A stretch of DNA of 64,000 nucleotides from Botryllus schlosseri (Eukaryota), in the NCBI GenBank assembly GCA_051294905.1, contig CM119372.1, positions 1,054,001 to 1,118,000 on the forward strand, in the 5' to 3' direction. The notes below the pieces were generated by a model. It saw only the letters and a list, made by a program, of their open reading frames with translations. It was not told the DNA's origin and did no database searches. This document shows positions 49,894-60,900 of the stretch, piece by piece. Both the position numbers and the translations under genes were made by a program. Each line of letters begins with the position of its first letter. The first letter of the stretch is position 1.

Positions 49894-50705
49894 AAAAAAA
49901 TGGACAAAAGTTGCAAAAAGTTGCACTATAAGATTCCTTCAACGGGCTTAAAACAGAATTCTACATATTTCACGAGTATTTAGGAAGCTGCCGGAAGCTG
50001 TAAAAAAAGTTGGAAAAGTTGCAAAAACTTGCCCTACAGTGATTACTAATCACGGATTTATTGGGGCGTTTTAACCACTAGTTCGTCGTCGCCGACGAAG
50101 CTGCATATTCAAGTATTCGTGCGCGTATCTGTTAATGGTAAATAGTTGGCATTTACGCCCTATCACGGACTCGCTAATTGACAGCGCTGATGATTTGAAA
50201 TCGCAGACGGCGGGCGTTTAATCTTATTGCATGGGGTGTCCGCCACCCCGCCACCCCGTAACTTATTGGCGCCTATGAAGCACCAGAACCTCTAAAACAT
50301 CCAAGGAATGTGAAATTCGGCTTTGCTACGTACAATGACAGCGCAGTGAAACAATAACCAGGTAAGGCACAGGTGAATTCGCCCCACTCAATATTGACTA
50401 ACAATTAAATTAAAGGCGCGGTGTGAACGTCCATGTCCCTTACGCTATGCGTAGCCCGACAATTCCGAAGTTCCCATACGTAAACGTAAATATATTATTT
50501 ACGCAATTCATAATATTGCTTTCTGGATCACACTCATTTGTATGATTCATTTAACTCATAGACTTTTCGTGTGCCCCTTACCAAGAGTATAACCCGAGAT
50601 CCATAATAAAAACCAATTCGGGCGAATTACGACGTGCAAAAACGTTGTTAGTGTTCAAGCGTTAGTTGTAAGATAAGTTAAGATTTGGTACTGTTGGTGG
50701 ATGTC

Positions 50706-50778
50706 GTTTTCGTAGTGTAGTGGTTATCACGCTCGCCTCACACGCGAGAGGTCCCCGGTTCGAGCCCGGGCGGAAACA
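50706..50778 (+). tRNA. tRNA-Val(CAC)
   Basis: 73-nt cloverleaf: acceptor GTTTTCG/CGGAAAC, anticodon stem CTCGC/GCGAG around CT-CAC-AC, GGTTCGA T-loop, followed by a TTTT Pol III terminator. Close to the canonical eukaryotic tRNA-Val. Confidence 0.95.
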
Positions 50779-51299
50779 CATTTTCTCGATACACACACAC
50801 TCTCTCGCTCTTTTCGTTAGTACTGGCACTATAGATAACTAAGGTTTACCTTAGTTATCTATACTGGCACTACCAGCTCAAAGAGAATTTTGTTTCGTAC
50901 AACCTATTTTCGGAAGATAAGATTTCAAAACTTTTCTCCGTTCTTGAGGCTTTGAAACTGGGCGCATCTGATATAACAGCTTTCGTTGAATAATACTCTC
51001 CGCTCAAATGATGAAAATTATTAATAAACTGATACTGATAATCAGAGCAAAGCAGACATTCGCTATCCGGACTTAGTACAAACTAAAAACCAGTTATTTA
51101 CACCATACGTCCTCTTTTAAGAGGATTTGTCCTCTTTTTTGACTTTTTTGAAGGCGTCCTCGCAGTGGCGTAGCAGCCACTTGGCGGTTCTGGATCTGCG
51201 CCAGGGGCGGCAGACTCCAAGGGGGCGGCAAAATGAGGCTGCACAGTGAGAGAGGGAGATGGTATTCTTTTTCGCCTGCACCATCGAGATGCTTTCACG

Positions 51300-51499
51300 A
51301 CGGAGATGCGATGCGGACTTCATAGTAACGTCATCTAGTCTGCATCACTGTTTTTTTTCTCCTCCGTGATTGCTGAGCACCGAGCAGGATAAACGCGAAT
51401 ACCAGTTTTCGAGTCTTTGGTCTGACCCGGCCGGGGATCGAACCTACGATCTACTGATCAAGAAGCCGGACGCATCACCATTACACTACCTCGCTCGGC
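51300..51499 (-). mobile_element. tRNA-derived SINE (Meta-domain-like body)
   Basis: Minus strand: A-box GGTAGTGTAATGG, B-box GGTTCGATCCC, then GGGTCAGACCAAAGACT..AAAACTGGTA...GCTCAGCA, resembling the conserved MetaSINE core (recalled, not aligned). Confidence 0.65.
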
Positions 51500-52041
51500 A
51501 CAGTGTATACAGCCGGCTAAAAGAAGCGTAATTGGAAATCCTATAGCTGGCGTCCCGTGAGCTAAAATTTAATCAAACAAGTCTCAATCGAAAGCTAGTG
51601 TAGCACAGATTCCGAAAACACGAATTAATATGTTAACATGGCGATGGAACCACTCCGAGATAGCCGTCAAGGCCGATTGCTCGGAGAGTTCGCAGAAAAA
51701 GGAGTATGCCTGGCGAACAATCAGAAGATGCTGGCCTCAGTGTTGTTGAAAAAGTTAGACGATGCATGTTTCAAGCTTTGGACAGATTTAAACTTGAAGC
51801 TGAAACTAGGTTTACCGGCATACACCACTTAAATCAAAGTTCTCAAACACGCGGCCCGCGAGACCATTTTGTGCGGCCCGCGACGGCATTTTGGATTTCG
51901 AAGTATTCGACAATATGTAACTACCAATTTCTTTTTTAAATTGAGAACTTCAAAGTCGCTCTGAAACTACTCCAGAAGCCTGAAACTACTCATCAAACCT
52001 CACTATTACATCACTTTCAAAAGTTACCACGCAGTGGAAGA

Positions 52042-52519
52042 TCAACAATTAGGTGATATTACCTGTTCATGATGATAAAACATGACCCGTTGATGATTCG
52101 TGACTGAAAATTGTGATTTGGACTTGGCCGCGACCTTCTGTAGAATACATTGAATTCTCCATTGGTGCTGCGGCCCGCGGCGCCTTCAGAAAGCTGCCTA
52201 GGCTGCTAACTCCAAAAAGTCCACCTCGTCGTCGTAAGTGCTTCTAAAAGCGCTGGTGAATAAATTGAGACTTTCGCATTGCAGCAGCGCGTGGGAATTC
52301 AAAAATGAAAACATATCATTTAAGTCAGAGGTCTCAAACTCAAATGTGCTCGCGGGCCAATTCCCTACTTTCTGAAGGCGCCGCGGGCCGCAGCACCAAT
52401 GGAGAATTCAATGTATTCTACAGAAGGTCGCGGCCAAGTTCAAATCACAATTTTCAGTCACGAATCATCAACGGGTCATGTTTTATCATCATGAACAGGT
52501 AATGTCACCCAATTGTTGA
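52042..52519. repeat. ~150-bp inverted duplication inside the hAT derivative
   Basis: 52042-52193 is the reverse complement of 52368-52519 with few mismatches. Confidence 0.8.
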
Positions 52520-55500
52520 AAGTATATATTTTTTCGAATTAGGGATCATATAAATCAGAAGATTGCTAGCTTTTCGTAGAAACCAATATCAGGCCTCTAG
52601 GACGTACACAAATTAAGATATGATCATATGAAGTTGTTCAATTTGAGATTTTAAAAGGGTTAGGAGGCTGGTGCGGAGCGTTTGATCGTAGTGCAACAGC
52701 GTTTGATGTTTTACAGTGGTTAGTTAATGCAAAGTTACTTGATTCGACACCATATTTAAGCTCATGTCTAAAACTTTATCTGACCATTGGTGTTTCAATT
52801 GCGAGCTGTGTGAGGAGCTTCTCAAAGCTCAAACTGATTAAGCCTTATTTACGTTCTACCATGAATGATGATCGGCTATCAGCTCTATCCGTTCTGTATA
52901 TAGAAAGAGACTACGTTCGAAAACTTGAATTTAAGGATATTATCGCTGATTTTGCTTTGAGGTGGCTATATTGATTTTCTATTTGCACAATACATTCGTT
53001 CGCTATTTCCTGTCTTTATTATTTTTGGCCTTATGAACGTTGAGACAGTGAGGCTGCGACGCGGCCTATTATTTGTAATTATTTTTATTAAAAAGATTGC
53101 TTGAACATGAATATATGTCGAAATTTGCTGCGGTCTACTTAGGGGGGCGGCATTTTTAGCGATAGCCAGGGGCGGCAGCACATGCTGCTACGCCAGTGCG
53201 TCCTCGGAGGACGCCCTTTTGTCCTCTTTTTTGAGATTTTGTCCTCTTTTTTGAAAATATAGGCAGGGACATCTAGATATCCCTGATTTAGGTCATATTT
53301 AGAGCAAAATGCGAGTGATATGCCGTAAATTAGCACAGCAGTGACGCTCAAACGGTATTTTAAGCTCTGAGCGAAAAGATGACATTTTTTTAGTCAACCG
53401 ATCACACAGTGGGAAAAGTTCATTCTTCTCCGGTTTTGCAAGTCTCAAATTTCTGAAAAAGTGTCCTCTTTTTAGATTTCCAAAATATGGTAAGCCTACT
53501 ATATAGTATCATCATCACAACAACTTGTCAACGACTGTTTTTGAGTAGTTCTAGTTCTAACTGCGGATCATGAAATGTGAGTAGTTCAAGATATCACTAT
53601 CAGTTAATTGATGATTTTCATCACTTCAAAACACGACAAGACTGCGATACAATGAAAATAGAGGAAGGTGCCGAAACGTCTTGCGGAAAAATCTTTGAAA
53701 TCAGACACCCACCTGGCCTAAGCGATATAAATAAGAGGCGTGTACAATGCACATGCACAGTGAACACTGGATGAAAATAATGATAGCATAACTCATAACA
53801 CGACTAGTGATAAAAATGAATTACGCATGTGTCGATAGGCGAGGTTGATATATACTATGTCAGATCGTGGTCCGGTAATCTTTAGGGTTGACGGAGAATC
53901 CGATGCCATGGTAGTTTCTGTAGTGGGTCAGTAGATCAATACTGGTCAGCCCTCAAGATTACTGGACCACAATCTGACATATCGACCTTGCCTATATACC
54001 GACACGTGCGGCATTCATTTCTGGGCGCTTAGGCTACTTTTATGTTATCAACTTACCATACCTAAATCCAGTATGAATTGTGCATGCCTTTTGTTTACAG
54101 CATGCTGTTGTAGGCCAAGGTGGGTGTCTGTTTAAAAGACCACTCCAAGTCGTTCCGGCACCCGCCTATCTTTTCATTATATCGCAATCTTCGGGTATAT
54201 TGATTTGATAAAAAATTTAATATAACAATGATGATGATCAATAGTATTCTTCATGTGCCATAAATACCTCAATTTCCAAGCGAACAGAGCTTCCTTATAA
54301 TTCAATTTTATTGGCGTATATGATCATTTCCGTGGCTACTGCCCTCATGATTTATGGATATCATTCTTTTATACGAACGCAGGAAAATGAACATTTACGC
54401 ACAGTGCGAAATTATTAAACGGACCGCTATCTTTAATCTCTATATCCGGAAATAATTGTGGTCGGCAAATCGCGTAGTTATTTACCACACATCCTAGATA
54501 CGAGTGCACCAAATTTATAGCAAAACTAAGAATAATGCGTCATAAATATACATCGATTTTATATCTTGTCTGCGGTAGGCTGCACTAATCTGAAAATCTA
54601 CCTCGACTACGCGTTAACTTGTCCATCAATTGCGAGCGTATAATTCGCTTTGTTGATGAGGCATTAATTATTAAGGTCGAAAAGCACGCACCAAAGCAGA
54701 TCAACAGACCCGCGAATATCACCTCGACAACTAGCATGAATTATTAAACTTTATCGCAGCGCCGAGTAGGAAGAAAGTTTTGTAAAAATCTTCCATCAAG
54801 ATGACAAGTGATTAGACCATCTTCGGTACGATATCAAATGTGTGATGTCAGTAAATAGCAGTATTTATTTGCGTGTCTTTTCTCGAAGATGGTTTTCATT
54901 CGCTTGAATCAAAACAAATCGGAGCTAAGAATATCGAAAATACTCTCGGAGAACTTCAGTAGAATATATAACTGGATAATATATTGATATTGAAATAAAC
55001 CTGAATATGATCGGCTGACAATCGACTAAAAAAGGTCATTTTTCCGAGATGGCAGGTGTTCGGAAAATTGGTCTCCGCCTCTACTTTTCGTTGAGTTGAC
55101 CCTTTTTCGTCATAAGCCGTCTTCACGTGCATTTTTGGCCATGTTAATTAAATATTCACTGGAAGTTCTAACATTCTCGCTTCTTTGGTATTTTCGCCCC
55201 TTGCCTCTCAAAATCGCCCACTGGGTGGCGATATCGCCTATGCCAACCCAAGAGTATGTAAATATATGAGCCATGCACATGCACATTGCACATAGGATTT
55301 AAGGAAGGATAACATAAAAGGAAGTGACGCAGATGAATACGACATGTGTCGGTAGGCGAGGTTGATATGTCGGATTAAGGTCGGGTAATCTTGATGGATG
55401 AGTAGAGAATTGAAAATAACATTGCATATCAACAATCGTATCGCATCGTATTGTATATAGCCTATTAAGGATACGGTTGTTGTTGTACAATGTTCTTTTC

Positions 55501-57989
55501 AAATCTATACTATAGGTGCATTCGATTTTTTATAGATATTTTTAATACGAGGAAAGAAAAACGTCGATTAAGAATGATGGCTTGCTCAAACCGAGCAATA
55601 TTTAATTTAAAACACATAAATATGAAACCATTGTTCAGTCGCTAACAAGTTCGGCGAAATATTCAATTTGGACCCCGCGTACGGGGTTTCTGAATTATTT
55701 GGTATCGTTTCCTTTCGTATAACGCATTTTCGAAGACACGTTCTATTTGCAAAGAGCGTACGTCATGAATCGTTTTATAACCATTCACGTTACCGCCAAG
55801 TTGCTATGCCTAATGCAATTTAAATAGCTAGGCTTACTCCCTATCAACAAATCTACATTGTCAAATAAGTCAATCGCCGCGTGCAGAATGCATATGCCTA
55901 ATCACATGCGTAGAATGGAACGGATATGTCTGATATAGTTTTCGATCGGTTCTGCAAATAATATAATCAAATAAAGCTGGCTTATACTAACCTGCGTTTG
56001 CATTTTATATTTGCTGGTAATATCTGGCAGCCGACGACTACGTTAATGGAATAATGATCCATCGATCCGCGCTCTGAACAAATCAAAAAATATTTAATTA
56101 CCTTTATTGTACCCGTAACACAGTGCACACATTTTATTTTCCTTGCACGCGTTTCTATGACGTCTCTATCGTATGTAGTTCCGCCTGACAAGAGAACGGT
56201 TTTAGAGAGAATCGTCAATTAAAATTGAGGCTTGAAAAAGGCAGGCAGTCTAGTCGCAGTACAAATGCCGCGAATCGTACGCGTCTGAGACACGTTTCGT
56301 TCGGTCCGACTGCGCGTAGGGGGATGTATATTGGAATTTTGGTCGTTATCAAGACTTGGGTCGGGTCTGATTCTTAATTTTTAAATATTATCGTTCCAAT
56401 AAGAATTTGATAACCAGTGATTTGATTTGATGCTGATTTTGAGCCCCCCCCCCCCCCCAACTAGTATTACGAGAATCTCTGTAGTGCGCTCTTAGAAAAA
56501 TGGATGTGCACTTTCACCCGTGGAGCACCCCTGACATACGGTGTGAATATACCCATGGCACCAGAACCTACCTCAGATTTAAACCGCGTTATAAATCGAG
56601 TACAACATTTTGATCCGAATTATCCATGTACGCAGGGACGTAGGATTTGTGACCGCGATATATTTCGAGTTGGATTCTGTTTTCGTGTACCACCCTTTGC
56701 GGCCTTTGCGCGTGAATACGCACTCTTTTCGCTTAGAACAGTGGTTCTCAACCGGGGAAGCATTTTCAGGGGGTCCGCGAAACCTCTCAATTTGTAAAAT
56801 CATTGATAACCTAATTTGTAATCTATTTTAATTAGAGAAAGCACGAGACAGTGTCGCTTCATAATTGCCAGAACATCAGGACCACGTCATTATAATGGCC
56901 GTCGAAGTTAAAATATCCTACTGGGCGAACCCATTTTAATTGCCACATTGCCAATAGCCTATTGAACATATAGCTGGTTAAAGAAGGTTTGTTTGCATTT
57001 GTGGAAAAATGAAAAGTTGGAGATAGTAAGGTCAAACAGGGTGACTTCGAAACGATTGCAAACATTTTGGATTTGACTTAGTCAATCTCAGCAAATTAGT
57101 GAAAAGTCCTTTGAAATAGAAGTTCCTGAATTTGTTTTCCTAATCCGACCCAAAGAAGGGATTGAAACCTCGCCACAAAATCCATTTTCTCACGTGATAT
57201 ACGTAACCACTATTCCAGAATAACTTCAACATGAGATGATATAGAAAGGACTACAGGCTCGGCGTGAAAATAATGTTCTTTTAAAGTTCTTTTTCTCGAT
57301 TTTGTTACCATATATGTTGTGTCGTCGGTATCGTCGGAAGCGTTACGAAATGGATTTTCCGCACTCGTTCATGTCAAATCGAAGACACGGATTGTCAAGA
57401 CAATAAATACATCTGCAAAATTCGCTTCGAAATAATAAAAGTCTACCCAATTTCTAGATATAGTATGATCTTATTTTCAAGAAAAGTCATTTTGTGGCTG
57501 TTTATCACAAGCCTACAGTTAATATTTGCTAAAGACAGATGACGGTTGCCCGGTAATTGAACTAATTTTAAACGAAAACTTGCGGGGGTCAGCGGGGGTC
57601 CGTGACAGTGAGAACCACTGGTTTTGAGTGTGAATGTTCTACATTAGTGTACCACCGTCTGGCTGTGAATACACACACTCTCTTGCGTAAGGGCGGGGAT
57701 TAAAAAATGTTAATCGTGGCAACCTACGTCCCTGGATTGAATGTTTCACCAGGCGTCTCGGGGTAATCCTCGCCCGAAATATAATCCAGTTTTATGCGCC
57801 ACGATTAACAGTTTTAATGACATGATTAGCATTCTCTCGGATAAGCTAACTTTATGATCTCCGCCCTAAGAGTGTACGAAAGTGATGATCAACCATACAG
57901 GGAATGTGAATGATTCAAATAAGTCCATAAGGATGTATAGTGTATACCACAACAAGTTATCTCCTCTTTTACGTTTAGACGAATTCGCT

Positions 57990-60900
57990 ATGCTCATTCG
58001 ACTTCTTGCGTACATGTCTCTGTGGTTTGTGGCGGTGAATTGCTATCGGGAAATTTGCTATAAATGTGCGCGCGACGAGGAGGGAGATTACATTTTCGCT
58101 TGCAATGAAGATGACGGTAAATAAAACCAGGATTTTCAATCGGTTATGTTTAGGTGTGGTCTGGAACTCGAATCGAGTATAGTCAGATATGATTTTTTCA
58201 AGTTCTGAAATGATACGCTCTTTGCCAATCAATCACTTACATTAATATTTTCGTCATTTCAAAACACCACAAAGCTGCGATACAATGACAAGATAGAAAG
58301 GCGTCGGAACGACTTGGAGTAGTCTTTGAGATCAGACATCCGCCATGGCCTTAGGCGAAGTAAAGAAAAGGCATGCACATTCCACAAGGAATGAAAAGTA
58401 GGTAATGCAGAAAATATAAAAGGCAAGCGACAAATGAGGTGGCACGCGACGGAAGGTGAGATCGATGTTAGGTCGTGATCCGGTAATCCTGACTAGTATT
58501 CATTTAGAAGAAATTGCTTGTATTACGACTTGAATGCGGAAATGCTCGCGGACTGTCGGATAGCCGGCGAGATGCTGTTCCACAATTGGGGTCCGGCATA
58601 GTTGATAGAGCAATGCGCTTTCATGTATTCTGTCCTGATCATATGGTAGTTGTTCTTTGTTGACGCGCGTGTGCCGTCACTTTGTGCGCTTTTGACTCCG
58701 AGGGGAAGTATAGTCGTTGAAATTTGAGGGACATTGACCGCAATGGAACAGATACGTAAACTTGGCAATTTCTAGCTTCCTCATATCTTCTACGTTTACG
58801 ACATTAAGAGTTTATCAATTCGAATAATAATTTCGATACTATTTCCCACTGTGGAAGTCTGTAAACCTCGGTTGGTCGTATCGCAGCATAACCGCAGTAT
58901 TGCTTATTAGATAATTAATCACTGGTATCCCACGAGTCTTATAACAGATTATATAAAGCGATAACGCACGCATAAAGATCCGCTCTGTTCTCGCTTGTTA
59001 CTTGGAGAAAATCATTGGGAAAGGGGAAGACGATAAATTATTAATGTCCGGAGATAGTACAAGGGTCACGCGAAACTTTATTTATGCAAGAAGCTTGTAA
59101 TTGATTTGTTCGTTTCAAGTTTCACAACACGAACGACGAATTATGGATACATGATTTGTACAGGTTGATGGGTACTAATGGATAGGAATAGGACGTTATA
59201 TATTTTTTTCCTTGATGTTTTTGCGGCATATACACCGAATCGTGATATATAATACACACTAACATGAGTCATGACGTGCATATGCCGATGGACAAGGAAG
59301 ATGCCGATATAGCCTTATAATACTTTCTAATTCTTGCACCACGCGTCCATGCTGTATCCCGGAAAGGCTCGCCAAGCGGGAATCCACGGATACTAGTTTT
59401 ACTATTCAGGTCTTCTGTCTGACCAGGCTGAGGATTAAACCATGCATTGAATCTTGCAGTTAAGAATGTGATCAGTCGACACATAGCATCAATATGATCA
59501 CTAGGGCTGTTCAAAAATAACTTATTTTTCTGGATTCCAGTCGTTCAGTTATTAAATTGTCAGGTCAGGTTAAAAAACGCTGCGCACCAAATTTGGTTCA
59601 ATTCTAACAAGTATAGGGCTCCGCAGATCCAATTAAATTTTTTAATTTAAACAGGAAAATTAAAAGAAATTCAAATTTTTCTGTCAACCCCATGAAATTG
59701 TTGAGCTGTCTTCAGAGACGATGCAAAACAAATTTGACTCAATTCCAACTAGTAGAATCGGAGTTAGTGGAGTTTTTCGTTGATATTTCTCGGATAATCC
59801 TTGATTGGTGGATAATCCGAAGATTATCAACGAAAAACTCCAATAACTCCGCTTCTACTTGTTGGAATTGAGTCAAATTTGTTTGGTATCGTCTCTGCAG
59901 ACAGCTCAACAATTTCATGGGGTTGACAGAACAATTTGAATTTTTTTTTTTGAATTTTCTTATTTAAATTAAAATTTTTTATTGGATCTGCGGAGCCCTA
60001 TACTTGATAGAATTGAACCAAATTTGGTGTGCGGCGTTTTTAGGGTAACCTGACAATTTAATGACTGAATTGCTGGAATCCAGAACAAAAAGTTATTTTT
60101 GAACACCCTAATGATCACGTTGGGGATTGTTTACACTCTTATCGGACCACGATATGATAAGTCCATTCATGGTCTACACCGGCACATATACCACGTACTT
60201 CATTTTCAGCGCCTGTTCTTTTTATGGCAGAAAAAAATTTACATTATCGCAATTACCCCGGTAGCTTTCGGTTGATACCAATTTTATCAAATTTTGCTCT
60301 CGGCAACCCGGTCAAAAATTACCGTCAATTTTCCTTTAGCCAAATGGAAAGTGTGATGTAAAATAATCGCAGCGAGCCGTGAGATTTGCTTGTGTCCACA
60401 CCATTGTAGGATACTATGGTCACAGTATCCTAAGATTGCAGTTCGAAGCTACGCACGTTGGCGGAAATGACATTTCTGTGAAGTCATGATCGACCCACGG
60501 CATTGTCACAAGTAGCCTACAATTGAATTTTTATAAAAAAATATTTTTATGTAGTGTAGAACTGGCTGTATATTCTTTGTAGTCGCGTGAATGGTAAATA
60601 TTTCAGCTGTCCATATCATCCATACTCTAACGACTGCATAACCAGTGATACTCGAATACACGACTCGAATAGTAATGTTCGAAATCGAATCACTCATGTC
60701 TCAGATACATTTCCGAGCTCTGGTTCTAAACGATGGCGGGTGTCTGTTTGAAAGACTCTACTATACTCTACTAAGTCTTTGCGACTTCTTATTGTCTTTA
60801 TCGAGATCTTGTGGTGTTTTGACAGGATGAAATTATTAAATTATTAAATAAACGCTGAACTCGCTGAACTTAACACGAAAATTAATCACGTGAAATGTTG

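Larger units (their letters stand above)
51163..53198 (+). mobile_element. Non-autonomous hAT transposon with remnant C-terminal dimerisation domain, nested in a MITE
   Basis: TIRs CAGTGGCGTAGCAGC / GCTGCTACGCCAGTG with a perfect 8-bp TSD CGTCCTCG. ~52770-52960 translates KLYLTIGVSIASCVRSFSKLKLIKPYLRSTMNDDRLSALSVLYIE (hATC motif). It splits an AAAAGAGGAC-family MITE (51097..53498). Confidence 0.85.
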
